This document shows positions 12,481 to 26,269 of a stretch of DNA of 64,000 nucleotides, in pieces (positions within the stretch are counted from its first letter, which is position 1; each line of letters begins with the position of its first letter). The notes under the pieces were generated by a model. The model made no database searches, was not told where the DNA came from, and was given only the letters and a program-made list of their open reading frames with translations. A program made the translations under genes and the position numbers. The stretch comes from Glaucostegus cemiculus (lineage: Eukaryota): contig CDPCPM010000329.1 of the NCBI GenBank assembly GCA_976551045.1, positions 1,240,001-1,304,000 on the forward strand, written 5' to 3'.

Positions 12481-13260
12481 CCCCGTCTCAGGAGCTTCCT
12501 TATCCACCAGCATCTGCAAACCCACTGACAGCTGCCTCGAGTGCAGCTCCTTCCACCCTGGCTCTTGCAAAGCTGCCATCCTTTTTCTCTTAATTTCTCA
12601 GCTGCATCTGCTCCCCTGCTGAGGCTTTACACTCCAGGACATCAGAGATGTCCACCTTCTTTACTAACTGTGGTCGAGAGAACTCACACCCATGTCTCTG
12701 CTATTTCCTGCACCTCCGCTCTCACCCCTGCCCCTCCCAGACCTAACAGGGGTGGGGTGCCCCTTGTCCTCGCATTTCATCCCACCAGCCTACGTATCCA
12801 ACACATCATTCTCTGCCACTTCTGCCATCTCCAACAGGACCCCACTACCAAGCACATCTTCCCCTTACCGCCTTTCACAGGGACTGCTCTCTGTGACTCC
12901 CTAGTTCACTCCTCCCACCCATGCCTCTTCCTTTCCCTAACCTTTCTTTCTACCCATTTTTCCTCCTCACCTTTTACCTACTTTCCCCCGTGCCTCCCTA
13001 TCACTACCTCTCACCTGCATCTACTGCTCACCACCTTGTGCCCACCCCACCTCCCCTCTTTTGTCCACCTATCACTGCTCTGCTTTTCCCTCCTCTATAT
13101 TGGGCTTCCCCTTTTCCTATCTTCAGCCCTGAAGAAGGGTCCTGACCGGAAACGTTGACCGCCTGCTTTTCCCCACGGATGCTGCCTGGCCTGCTGAGTT
13201 CCCCCAGCATCATTGTGTTTTTCATCTCGATTCCAGCATCTGCAGTCCTGTGTTTCTCCC
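12481..13260 (+). mobile_element. Penelope-like retroelement 3' fragment (RT C-terminus and terminal repeat)
   Basis: ORF 12541..13158 contains VPLVLAFHPTSLRIQHIILCHFCHLQQDPTTKHIFP..LCDSLVHS, typical of elasmobranch Penelope elements. It is followed by a pyrimidine-rich stretch and the terminus ggatgctgcctggcctgctgagttcccccagcatc..ccagcatctgcagt. Confidence 0.85.
13124..13162 (+). ncRNA. Minimal hammerhead ribozyme motif, degenerate, in Penelope terminus
   Basis: cagcc CTGAAGA a GGGT cctg ACCG GAAA c GTT gacc. Core boxes are intact; the stem II closing pair and stem I are mismatched. Confidence 0.55.
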
Positions 13261-14267
13261 AAAGTATCCTGGCTATTAGTTATCTCACAGAAGCCATGAT
13301 CTGGTTCTTACTGTTTATTGGCACTTACTGTGACAACAGTCACCAAACATGTAATTTGATCAATTGGCTGTGCCATAGTTAAACACCTTGGGGGCCACTA
13401 TGCTATATGACTCTATAAATGATGAGTGGAGTTAAAAGGGTATTTTATGATTCTGAAGTTTGAGTAGAAAAGATGTTTCCACTTCTGGGGATGTATGACT
13501 AAAGCTGGAACCATTTATACAAGACTGTCTCTGATAAATTCAGTGTATTCAGGAGTAACATCTGTTAGACTGTTTAACTTGCTGTCATTGGAAGTACTTT
13601 AGGTAAGTAGTGTCAAGGCATTTAAGAGAAGTACTTGGAGAAAGGCATGATGATGGAAGAGGCTTATGTGGATCATAACCCCTGGGGTACATCAGTATTG
13701 TGTTATCTTCCATTCTGGACATGTCAGCTTTATTAAATTACAGATTATCACAGGTATATCTTGAAGTAGTGGAAAGTAGATTGACTCTTTGAAAGTCCCT
13801 GTTATGTGTGAGCTTAGGGCATGGACTTCCTGTGGAAAATACCATTGAGGTCATTGACTGCAGTGATGACAGTGGTTTGCTCCTCTGTGGATAGTGTAGT
13901 TTCTGCTGAAGTTACACAAACTCAAACATACAAGCTCTCTAGACCTTCTCTCCAGTCACAAACCTGCCCATGGGTCCTGATGCCCAGTGTTCCCAACCCT
14001 GCCCACACACTGAATAGTGATGTTTCACTGCTTGCAAGCCTAAAACATCAAGGCAAACAGGATTCAGTGAACACCACAGGAGAGGCCTCTGGTGGAACCT
14101 ATGATGTTTACTGCAGTCCCAGTAACACACAGCTGCCCTTGAGTGTGCACATCTGAAAGTAGTAAGTCAGCAGATGTGAGGGCTTAGTGTAATTCAAGAT
14201 GAGCAGAAATTGATTAAAGTGGATTCTGTGAACAGGCTGCAGTAATAAAGATGCCCTTTTTGTCTAG

Positions 14268-14412
14268 GTTTGGATTTGGTTTGCCCACTTCTCGTGCTTA
14301 TGCAGAGTACCTAGGAGGATCGCTCTCCATTCAGTCCATGCAAGGCATCGGAACAGATGTTTATTTGCATCTAAAGCACATTGATGGGAGGGAAGAAAGC
14401 TTTCGCATTTAA
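14268..14412 (+). CDS. BCKDK: BCKDK last coding exon (G2 box, stop codon)
   Basis: ttttgtctag acceptor. Translates (G)[47 protein letters not shown] with TAA at 14410-14412, nearly identical to the recalled human BCKDK C-terminus. Confidence 0.97.
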
Positions 14413-14959
14413 GCTGGTATGATTGGCTGTACAATAATCCAAGCTTCCAAATGAATCATGCCTGCTGTAACTGAGGTTTAAATGGAAATATTTCTGGAAA
14501 ACTTTTGAATAACAAGTACAAAAGTCAATGAGAACTCCTATAGTTAGTATCACTTGAACATTGGAGAGTTTCAGACTTCTGATTTTTGAAGGACCAGCAA
14601 ACATTTATAGGATTAACATCTGTTCAGTCTGAATAGTTTTTGAGTCGAGTGGATTTTCATTGAACTGATACTAAAGATACCAGCATCATTGGTCAGGCAG
14701 CAGAGTCCTCTGCTGGTCCCTGCCTGCAGTGACAGACAAAGTAGTTCATTGTTTTGAAACTTCAGAGTGAAAAGCCAAACCTTTACACATTTTATGCAGA
14801 ATACTTGGCACTTCTTGAAGAGGTGATGTTGGTCATGGTTTCTGGGTTTGACAATCAGAGACTGCCTGCTATCTTTTCTAACTGAAGCCTCAGTTTGTGC
14901 TGCATTCCAGAGACTTAAGTTAATAGACATCGAAGAGGAACTACAGTTTTCATTCCAAA

Positions 14960-15062
14960 TGATGAAAAAAATCACTTACCAATGCAGAAAACTCTCAGCA
15001 GGTCAGGCAGCAGCCATGAAGAGAAACAATTAACATCTTGGATCAATAACCTTTCATTAGAA
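14960..15062 (-). mobile_element. Penelope-terminus fragment in the BCKDK 3'UTR
   Basis: gaaaactctcagcaggtcaggcagcagccatgaagagaaac.. matches the left arm at 8458; a badly decayed hammerhead remnant lies on the minus strand. Confidence 0.6.
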
Positions 15063-16417
15063 GCATTTATTTTGTTAGTTTTAAGTTGGATTTTCAATAT
15101 TACTCAATGCTGGTGCTATCTACTTAAGGTTACAGTACACGATGAGAACCATGGGATTTTTAGTCATCCGAGAAGCAGCTCTGTACCAGTTATAAAGGAA
15201 ATAACTAATTTGAAGTCAGGATCTTAAAGCAGAGTTAATTGTAGCGTAACAGTAAACAGGTTCATGAGGTGTATATTTGCTTTTTAAACCTCAAGCTGCT
15301 GCATTAAGTTTCTACTTTAGCTGGGTCCTTGAGTTAAAGCTGCCTAACATCAGCTAATTCTGGCCCACTTTGCCTTTTGTTCCAGATCCTTTCATCAAGC
15401 TTTGTCAAGTTGTGCTCACTGTTTCATGAAGGTAGTTTCCAGAATTTGCTGCTTCCTGGTGTTCTGTGACTTGGCACAGTAGCAAGCACCCCTTTACAAT
15501 ACAAGGCCTTTAGCCGATGTGTAGGGAGCTTGAACATCACCGAAAGCCCCTAAACGTATGGGTGTAACCGCAAGATCAGTGAATTCTCACCTACTCCTCT
15601 TTAATAAAGTGGGCAAAGGTTCTGGTCACTTGTCTTTGCTAAGGAGATTGTGGAAGGATGATGATAAATACAAAGAATGGAGAAGATTTAAAAGGAGCAC
15701 TTGTTCTGAGATGGGAAATGTATTTTAATTGGATCAGAATTGGATTTTTGTGTGATTAACCCTCTAGTATTGGACTATGTTTATTTTTACTCAATTAAAA
15801 CAGCAAATTCTTGCTTATTTTAAATTGTATTTAATGCTCAAAGCAATAGCTTGCGCACTAGACTGCTTTACACAAAATATTTTAATTACTTGCTTTCAAC
15901 ACAACTTTTACTTTAAGTTCAAGAACTGTGAAGACTTATTCATGCAGAGATTAATCCATGAACAGCAACTGCCATTGCATCTGTGGTATCGAATATAGTG
16001 AATTAATTATCACTTATACTGGAAGCAAGTCTATGGTGCTATAAAAACGTAACGTTGTGGCCTTGATCAATATACCTTTACCTGGGTCAGAAAAAGACAA
16101 AACCATTGGATTATAATAATTCAAATGAAGAGAAAAATTCTTTCAAACAATCTAAAAGGTAAATGGATTAAAAGCACTGTCCATTTAAATATAAATTGTA
16201 ACAGTAAAATCTGCAGGAGTTTAAGCCAGCATTTCTTTAGTTCTCTGCCTGGCATCATTTTGATCTTTTTAAATTCACAAATCTTATCCTTTCCCATCAA
16301 GTCCTGTTCATTCATAGATATTGTCTTTTGACCTCTGACACACATTGTATCTGTTGGAAATGAATGTGTGTTTAGATCAGGGGATCTACATGTAATTGTT
16401 AATGAAATGTTGGTTTT

Positions 16418-16423
16418 AATAAA
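16418..16423 (+). terminator. Candidate BCKDK polyadenylation signal (AATAAA)
   Basis: AATAAA followed 20-40 nt later by a T/GT-rich tract (tgcttctctggctttgtgtggtt). Alternatives at 15603-15608 and 16732-16737. Confidence 0.5.
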
Positions 16424-17214
16424 ATGTAGTTTTTAAATCTTGCTTCTCTGGCTTTGTGTGGTTAGAGTAACTTTCAGTATTTCTAAATAGCAGGGACCTT
16501 ACAGGTCATTTCAGTTTTGTTTTAATATTGGAAGTTCACTAGTACAATCCAAAGTGTATAATATAAAGAAAGTGAAGCAACTATTAATGGTTACACTATG
16601 GATAAACCATAGGTGAAAGTTACACTATTCACAGGCAATCACTTGCACATTTTCTGGCTGAGTTAATTTTTTTTAAATCACCAGGCATAAATTCACAAAT
16701 GTAAAGCCCTAGGATATTCCAATGCAGTAACAATAAAACTACTTCAGACCATTTTCAGACTTCTATCTTTAACAACCATGGGAGACTGGAGGATAAAGCT
16801 GATCCAATGATTCCTTGTGCCTCTGCTGAGATTGCATCTCCTACCTGTCCTTATCTATTGGCATCAGGACAACAATGGAGTTAGCACCCATGCAGTGGTC
16901 AGCAGAGGTAGGAGGGGAACAATTCACACGGTATTGGATCTCACTGTGCACTTCTTCCAATGCTACATAATGCAAAATCAATTTCAGCCAGAGAGTGAAT
17001 CACTTTGGACAGGACAGGACATCTGGTTGCCAGTGCACTTGACATCATCCAGTGTCAAACATGCACCCAGTGGAACCTTCTCAGGAAAACAGTACAGAAA
17101 GGCAATAGTGAGGTTGGTGTTCCATTACTCCAATCTTGGTAAATTTCACAGTGAGACTCCAGGTCTCTGTGCAAAATTAGAACAGGTGGAATAACTTTAA
17201 ATTTAAAGTAAAAC

Positions 17215-17220
17215 TTTATT
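17215..17220 (-). terminator. Candidate distal polyadenylation signal of the minus-strand FBXL19 transcript
   Basis: tttatt on + (AATAAA on -), with TGTA-type upstream elements on the minus strand (plus-strand gtaca/tacaa motifs at 17240-17380). Lies at the edge of the transposon-poor block. Proximal candidates at 25137-25142 and 25824-25829. Confidence 0.45.
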
Positions 17221-18826
17221 CAAGTATAATTGAGATTTCTGAAGTACAGCATGTTTTGTGCAGCTACAAATTCAAAATAAGAATCAGCTGTACAAGGATT
17301 AAGAACCAACCAGCAAAATGTTATTTACAAGTGGTATAATCCTATAAAACATCAACTGAGAAATTACTCAAATCTTTACAAAATTCTGCATTTATTTTCT
17401 ATTAACAAGAACACCAGGAACAAAAATCATAACCTGAATTATTAGGCATCCTACACAAATTTGTGTGGCTTTGCTAAATGTTTTGGTCACTAAATGTATA
17501 TGACACATATACCCAACAATAAACTCAAGTCTTGGGAGGTGGAGTGTCCCTTCAGCAGCCCTCTACTTTTGTTCCCACTTGGATGATCCTGAATATTAAT
17601 GCTGGACTCTAAACTTGGCCCAACTGACCAATTTTCTGACCATTAAAGCAATTCAAGCAGTGCTGCCAAAATATGGATGAACAAAGGTAAAACAGGTATG
17701 AACAACAACAAAAAATCTCAATATTCCCCTCACAATATCAGTGATAAAATATACATGGGTGATCAAGTAGGAATGTTCACTCATGTTCTAGTCTATCATG
17801 TTTCATACGAGGATACAAGGTAAGCAGGTTAATAAGATATAAATTAATCATTTAACAAGTTTAGTTGATAGTGTCTGTTTTGGTTCAAATACTGCAAACA
17901 GGGAAATTCCTTAAAAGGACTAAATTTAAACAGAATTGCACCACAACACACAGGCTAAGACCATAGTTCCCCTTGTGTACGTAAACCAGCAATGTAAGTT
18001 GTAACCCTTTTAAATACAATGTCCACAGTACATTGTGTCAGAAGCAGGAATCCCAAGTAAGGAAACTCCGTGGAAGGGCACAGGATAAAAATCAGAATGT
18101 GCACCTTGGGTTATTCCAATGAATTGGGGGAGATTTATCTAGATATGGCACCTTATTTCAAAAAAAGCTGAGACCCCAATAGCTAATTTTAAAATTCTAA
18201 CCATGTTATGAGAATATTAGGATTTAGACCATGGAGGTTTAGGTAAGCAACATAATAACACTAAGTGATTATTCTGCAAAACATGGAATATGATTTTTCA
18301 ACATTTGCTACTAATAAATATTCCACCCAATTACAACTTTAGAAATCTCCTCCACCCGTAGAACAGGAGAGTGGCCCACTGCAGGGCCACTTCGTACTTG
18401 TTCCTTGAAATTATTTCATTTTGATTGTTCTTCAGTGAAGTACTGATTATATAGGAAAACACAGGTAGATGGAAGGGAAATACAGTTGCGATGGTTCTTG
18501 TTTACTTGCCCTCAAGATTATTATAGAACTTGGCTTACGGGTTCCCTGTACAATTACTCCATGTGCTATTTGTGACAATTCCCCAAGGAAACTGATAAAG
18601 GCTTAATAAATTTGATGTTGCTGCTGTTTTGATATCTTCCAAAGCCACTATTTGTGTTGCTTTAACAAATGCAATAACATTTTGTTTAAAACAAAAAAGT
18701 TAAAATGACATTTTAAAGGAAATAAGTGGCACATCAGTTTAAAGCAAATGCAATGGAACTACTGTGAAAATCACTGTCACCACCAAGGCTTCTCAATGTC
18801 CTTGACCTCCATTTGGGGTTGAAGGT

Positions 18827-18860
18827 GGGGGTGGGGGTGGGGTGGGGGGTGGGGAAGGGG
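18827..18860 (+). repeat. G-run cluster (potential G-quadruplex on +; C-rich in the FBXL19 transcript)
   Basis: gggggtgggggtggggtggggggtggggaagggg: six G-runs with 1-2 nt loops. Confidence 0.7.
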
Positions 18861-21800
18861 ATGGAAAGAAAGCGGAGAGGTTGGAGGTAAACACCACAGG
18901 AATGGAAGCACGTGAATTTATAAGCAACATGATTTCCTGTTTCAATGCAGAAAGCCTTTGTGCTTTGAAGTCTGTTGACAATCTCATTAGCCATTAGGGC
19001 AGAGAATAATGTAAACCCCCAACACTCCTAGGAGCAGCAGAGATGTGCACATATGTAGTAGACCCTATGGGCAAGACAAAAGCACTGGCTTAAGGTGTAA
19101 ATGTCAAATTTAGAACTACAATTATTTCTCAAATCAGAGCTGTCAATACAACTTGTATCCTGAGAACAGGAATGCTTTTAGATAAACTGCAACCATTTAT
19201 CTTGAGCAGTATTGACATTCAAATCACTTTAACAGGCACCAGTTTAGCAGATCCACAAGACTGTTTACTGCATTCCAATGACATTCCTCTGCTTACTTTA
19301 TGTTTAACACTGGTGTTAACCTGTCTATATTAAATGGTTAACATCACTGCTAAAATAAGCAGAGAACTTAGATCAATTTAAAGTATTTGTCTACTAATAT
19401 CAGCAGTCATACCTTCAGGTTTCTACCATACAGTCTGTAAGTTATCATGGGTAATGATTTCAATATTATGAAATGCAAACAGCAGCAAATTCAAACCGAT
19501 GAAGCAGCATCCTTCACAAACAGCGTGGATTCACAAGATACAGATAATTCTTGTGACTTGTCATAATCATCCTTAGTTTACCAAATACAATATTTAAAAT
19601 AACAGGATGCTGTAGCTTGTATTTACACACCACTTAACCAAAAGTATTTTGCTGATGGGAACTGCTTCAAAATGATCCCACTCAGGTTCAGAAGTTACTT
19701 GGTTCAGGGGATGTAAAGTTTCTCCAAGTGACATCAGTAGCTGCTTTATTAACACCTATCAATAGTTGCAGGATGATACTGCAGGATTGCTACAGTGTGG
19801 AATAGTCATTCACAAACATTGTGCCCAATGGACATGGGAAATCAAACATGGAAAAATTAGGATGGTCACAAGGATTTAAATTATTACTGGAGAATCTGGC
19901 ATCAGGCAAAGATCACTCCTCATTAGTGACGGGACACAGTCCATTATAAACTCAAAACTGAAGGGCAGAATATTCATAAGTTTTAAGAGGCTATCTTCTC
20001 AAGGCTAGAATTCCAACTTTATGAAGAAACCCCCATTCCCCACACAAAATATTTCCAATTCCTTTATAGCACTTTATATGAACAAGCCTTATGCAAGCAA
20101 ATCTTTAATACACACGTCAATATGACTCAAAAAGCACCACTGAAATCCACTAAGTATGGGTGGTTGCACAGGGTTTAACTCTTTGTTACACTAAAACATT
20201 AAGAGTAAACCGCAGGCGATAGCACTGAATTCTGGTGGAAAACTAAGTTAGCAAGCAGAGCACTCTCAGCTCCAAAATGGCTAGTTAGCTATTGGCTAGC
20301 TCTGCTTTCAGATGACCCTCATGTCCTGCGAAAACACCTCGACGCTACAATACCCTGCAGTGGACACCACTGCCAATGCTGCCATAAGTTTGGAAATTCT
20401 AATGGCAGTAAGCAATGGCAGGGAAGGAGGAAGAGAAAGAGGGTCATGTGAAAATACTTAAAAAGAAAATTTTGACCATGCTAATTTAATTGCAAAAAGA
20501 TTAAGAACATTGAAATGAAACTTGTGACAAGTTTCTGAACACTGACAGTTTTCTGCATACAAAATTAATAGAGGAAATTACTAAAATAAATTGACAACTA
20601 AGTGAATAACCATGCAAATCAGGCAAGTAAATAAACACTCCTCTAAGCCACCTGTCCGGAGACGGTCATCATTTACCAAGGAACCAATGAATGGAAAATG
20701 GGCATTGTGGGTTGAGAGGGAGAAATGGGAAGATCTTGCTTGTCTGCCTCATTTATCAACACCATTGTTACCTGCTTACTCTTTACCACAGGTACTCTGC
20801 TTTATGCACTTTTCCTGTTAGGAATAATGATGAACAGCAAGAAAAAATTCAAGCAGGAACAATTGCACTGTTTCACCATTGTGGCCATTTTATCTCCTTC
20901 CCAACTGTAAGAACGGCCTGCAAGTTATCTAAGGTGTCACCCTTTACAATACGGCTCAGTACGAAGATGTGATGAATTACAATTTTTTCTAAATGCTGAG
21001 GCTAATGAATAACACAGAGCAGAATATTTAGAGTGGAGTGCTGGGACAAAATTAGAGGATATACATGCAAGTGATCACTGCTTCCACCCTCACTTCAGAG
21101 AAGCATGCAGAAAAATTTCCTACTAATGCTACTTAATCAACACCAATTGGTTGTTTCATTTAGTGCTTGGGTTACAGGAGCCAAATGTCACATTTTTCTA
21201 GGCTTGCATTCTAATGCAGAGATGAAGAGGTTAAAGTGTCGACACAGGGCACCAAGACAACTAGAGATTTAGCTGACAAACTGGTCATTGTTGAAATGAT
21301 ATAGGAAAAGATTGTCTGGTGGAACACAAGAGTTCTTGATCTGCTGGCACATTAGAAATGCCACAAGGATGAAAACTATCAGTGATAGAAGGTCAGATTA
21401 ATGTTCTAGAGTCTAGATTGCTTCACTAGAGGAAAGGCAGGCTAGACAGCAGCAATCTGGCAAGATCTGTGAGCAAGATGTTTGGCAGGAGAGAGTTTAA
21501 CACATCACCCACAAACTTCGCAGGTTTATAACTGCTAATGTCTATGGTGAGCTTTATGGCAGGAAAATGATTTTATAATCAAGTAACAGTAGACAGAGTG
21601 GCACAGGTACTGAAGGGTAATAATGTCCCGCTTCCTTGCAGACAACATCACTAACAGCCAGACACACTACAGTAAATTTTAAAGCACTGAGTGACATCCA
21701 GAGGTAGAAGACTAGAATGACAGTAGGTTTTTTTTCTGAAAATAGTATGAACATGGACATTCGGGAGGTCAAAATGAACCAGGGATTTTAAAACCAATCA

Positions 21801-24800
21801 AATCGTTCTGTTTTGAAACATCGAGATTCTCCTAGCTGCAGAATACAAGCCCAACAGTAGTTGAATATCTGCAAAGCGAAGATGAGAATAAAAGATTACA
21901 TACGAGTGCATAAAGCCCTTCAATCAATTTAGCTATGCACTCATCCAATCTGAGGAGAGTGTCTGCAGATATACAAGGTGCTCATTCAATTTGGCCTTTA
22001 GTTTTATTAAGAAGCCCACCTCTGAACATCACATTGGCAGGTGGCACTGCATCATTTTTAGGGTCCTTAAAGGGAAATCATAGAGCACCAAGATACACAA
22101 AGAATCAGATCATATTGAACTGTACAAATTAGGCTTCCACAGCACAAATCACAAGAGAACATAAATTAACATTGGCTTCAGTCACGTTTCTATAGTTCAT
22201 TGGTTAATGGTTAAATTTCATAATTTTTACCACAGGCTGTACTAATTTAATCATTTTATAGAAAAATATTCACAAAGCAACTCTGACAAATTTCATTCTG
22301 AGGTGGCTTAAAAACTGTGCAACCTTTTTGGGTGGAAATATTTTTGCACTACCAATATTCATCTTGGCAAACTGTAATCTGTTTTCATTTGAAATGAAAC
22401 ATATTTGAGACCTAGTGATATTAGTAGACTCATCGGGAAGATATTGTGCTGTTGTCATTTAAAGAGCAGTGGGTTAAGAGAATGCTACAACAGGCAGAAC
22501 AATGTCTTACAAATAAGTATTGGCAGTAAACTTGGGAATTTCTACATTCAGGCACATATTTTGTAACTGCACAAGCTTTGTGCTGGCAAACTAATAAAAT
22601 GATCCAGAAATTTCCGTGTTCACTTAATTAAGCAAACCTCCTGTCTGACTATCCATCAATAGATGAGAGTTATTCCTCTGGCTGAACAACTTAACTCCTC
22701 TCAATACAGACATCAAATCCAGTATCACCTATATCCCTTTTATCAAGCTAATTAATTAATTACCATCACCATTTAGGGGGATTTTATTGAATTTATCAAT
22801 CACTTTTCATTTTATCCTTGAGAAAGGAAATAATAGAAGTTAAATAAAATGCACAGGAATTAGCAAAATCAAAAAAAAATTGTAAATCTTACAAGAGATA
22901 AATTTAAGAGATGTTACATTTCCAATTAAAGTGTTTTGTAATGTGTTCTAGGTCTTGATTTGCATTTTTTTAAAAAAAGAAAATCAACATTTTTAACTTT
23001 CAATTTAGCACAGAGGGGCTTGTTCCTGTCAGCTGCATTTTTCTGCAGTATGTGTTTAACTAATGTATCAACAATACATTAGGAAGAAAACTAGTGGAAA
23101 ATTTAGAATAGTCAATTCTATATTTTTTATTAGGATTGCAGACCACAGGAGATGTTCAGAGTACTCTATAATTCTATTGAATGCAAAACATTTCAGGAAA
23201 TTTATGTCAAAGTGCTATTATACTATGGTTACCAACTTACATGCTAAGATCCTTGCACCTTTAGATAAGTGGATGAACAAATGTACCAATGCTCATTATG
23301 CATATAAAATGTATTTATACACAGCTTGATTTCATAGTGCACATATGTAAATAGCACCATCCATTGAGCCAAGTTGCTACCATGAACCCTGGTATAGTAC
23401 AGTGCCAGCTAAATCAAAGGACACAGGTTGGTGATCAGAACTGCAGGAAAAGCAACAAACATTCAGGGACCATTTGTATCAGGTGTTGATACAGTGTAAA
23501 CTGTTGCTTGCTCAGCTGAGATGTTCAGACATGTGGAACTTAACCTACTGATCAATAACGTTACAAGCCTGTACGACATTGAAAGGGGGATCAAATTTCT
23601 TCAGAATATCACATCTTTATCAGCATTTTTGTCCATACCATTTTACCTTTGGATCAAATAAAGTTTTGCAGTTAGCCATACATTTATTACATATCCTTTT
23701 TGTACTATACTCTATTTCCAACCCTACTGGAATGATCCCTCGGTGTTTGTACAAAGCAACAAGTGCTTCAATGTAATGCAAGCATCTTTATAATTGCCAC
23801 TATCTTGACTTGGTCCAAGTGCAAGTGTCATCTACCGTCTTAAGGGCAATTGTGAAAGAGGTTCAATTCCTTTTCATATATTTTTTTGTTTAGGTGACAT
23901 ACTCAGATCAGGTATTATCCGCAGGTGGCATGCCATGGCCAGTACTTGCATTTATGCATTGCTAATACATCTAGTGGAGGAGGGAGACATCAAGCACGTC
24001 TGCATTGCTTTTGAAGCCTGACACTGATAACTGAGTTTCTAAGTTCTCCAATCAACTCCCCCTCCCAGCAGGGAGCAGATTAATGACTGAAGCTCAAGGA
24101 TGGGTGCAATGTATTGGCATGGGTTTATTTGGTGGAAAAGCAAGCCACTAAAATACAGGACCCAAGAATCTTTATTCTTAGGGAGGAGACACTTTTAAAT
24201 GAGTGAACCAAAATGAGTGCAGCAAACCACCGGCGTCATTTTGCAGTGGCTTGTACCGAAAACATTAAAAGCTCCACTAGAGCTGCAGAAATTAGGAATG
24301 GTGGTCTTTCAATCCCCAAGCTGGAGACTCAGATCCCCTTGTCCACTATTAGAAAATATATTGATTTTAAGAAGTCATCTGATGGCATGGTGGGTTTGAG
24401 TTTCCAGCGTGCTGGTATCGATGTAGACCAGGTAATAGAAAGGTACAGAAAATTGAGATGTCTTAATGCTACAAGTTATATTGATGCTGTAGGTAGGGAC
24501 GAGGCTGGCAGGGTCAAGGTCACTGTGGGAAGGAACAACTGGAGGGATGTTTGACCACTGGAGCAGGCTAGGTCACGGGGAATTGGGGTTCAGAGCTGGT
24601 CCTGTCAACATGGAGGCTTCTCATTGACAAACTAATTCACTCATACCTTTAGAAGTTTTATCCTTTTTTTAAAATTTGATTTCTCCAGTGTTCTTTCTAT
24701 GGTAATAACTGAAAATACTCATAACATTTCCATTTAGTTAAGTGTTTGGCAGCATACACAAGATAAAAAATAATTTCTGCTGCTATTTACAGGCTGATGT

Positions 24801-26269
24801 TACAGATTCCATTTAAAATCTATTGTTAGTGAACCAGTAATGTTTACAGTACAATGGAACAACTGCCCACATTTTTGGCAAGGGGTGTGTTAGGGTGGGA
24901 ATGGTTATTTATAATTAAACTCTATTATAAAATCCAGTGCCTTACCCAACACACATTCCTTTTTTAAAAAGACATTGCCAGTGCAAAAACAAGATAAGAC
25001 AATGAACCTGGCTAAAATTCCCAATATTTCTGTTCCTTGGCTAGAACTGTAGTGATGGAATATAACAAGCTGGTACAATAGGACTCTCAAAAACCTTACA
25101 TATTTGTTTAGCTATTGGTCTAAAACTTAACATGCTTTTATTTTTTTGTCACGTTAAGTGGACAAAACAAAGATATTCCTTCAGAGTATTCATATTTACT
25201 AAATGTAATCACTGCACATTTCACATTTTTCCCATTAAAGCACTAATGTACTCACTTAATTAGGTAATTTGGGTTGCCATGAAGCATTTTAAAAACTACA
25301 ATGTCATTGTAGATCACTATTAAAACACATCCCATAACATAATGTTGTGATGAAACATAAAACAATATGGGCGATGAGGACTTTCAGTTTGAAAGCGCAT
25401 CCTTTCTCCACAAATTTGAAAAGGACTCAAATCTCATAACAACCAATGTAACCTAAATAAATGAGCCGACCGTTTTGACCAAGGAATAGGAAGTCACTGA
25501 GAAAAATCCATTGAAGGAATGAATTAAATCTATTAATTACAGGAATTATTTCACCAATGAGGTTTTGCAAACTGACTGACCTCATTTCAGTATTAATGTG
25601 CTAATTCATGCACCACCTATTCATCAAAATTTAGAAATGCAGTGTGGTAACTGAATGTCTACTGAAACAGTGTACATTCCAGTGGAATAAAAGAAATGTA
25701 ATTAAAAATGTACTGTATTAGAAGTACTGAGTATTATTTTGGACTGCAATCAAATTTAGACAGGCAGACCAGTTATTGTCTTTTCCAAAATTAAATTACA
25801 GTCCATCTTTAAGCCCATGTGTTTTTATTTCCAAATAAGCATTATATCAGAAAATTTATGTATACCTCCAAGTTCTGTATACTTTTAAATATTTTCTAAA
25901 TCTACACTTCTCTCTTTTGGGGGCAAGGGAAAGGGAGGAGGGAATTATTACCAGAGCGTAATGCTTAAAACCCTGTATTTGCAATATAAAAACATTTTTG
26001 TCCAAAAATCATGCTTCATTTTCTAGGCCAAGATAATTACACCAGTAATTTTCCTCCAAAACTATACAGCTGTCACTGGATCACTGACTTTACCAGCAGT
26101 GAAAGACATGATTGCCATGACGACTCCAGACTGTCACAGCATGGTCCATACAGATACACAGAAAGCAATCGACTAGAAGAGTGGAGACAGTTCCCCAATA
26201 GGTTGAATTGTGCTGTCTCAGTCAGGACTTGGAGGAACATTCTGGCAAGGCTTATCGGCGTCCATGAGG

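Larger units (their letters stand above)
12420..13420 (+). mobile_element. Deu-domain SINE (SacSINE/AmnSINE-like) split by a Penelope insertion
   Basis: aaaatccctagcactgtttgaagaatagcagtgggattccc | ...aaagtatcctggctattagttatctc..gatctggt..aattggctgt..tataaatg follows the recalled Deu-SINE consensus when 12481-13260 is removed. Confidence 0.6.

Noticed and set aside
12541-13158. 205-aa ORF, the longest in the window
   Set aside because: A frameshifted Penelope remnant running into low-complexity pyrimidine-rich sequence, not a host gene.
18370-18391. Iron-responsive element (CAGUG on the minus strand)
   Set aside because: The five bases flanking CAGUGN do not pair and there is no correctly placed C bulge.
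24213-24554. 113-aa ORF between the genes
   Set aside because: No recognisable motif or splice partners; length is compatible with chance; it lies antisense to the presumed FBXL19 3'UTR.
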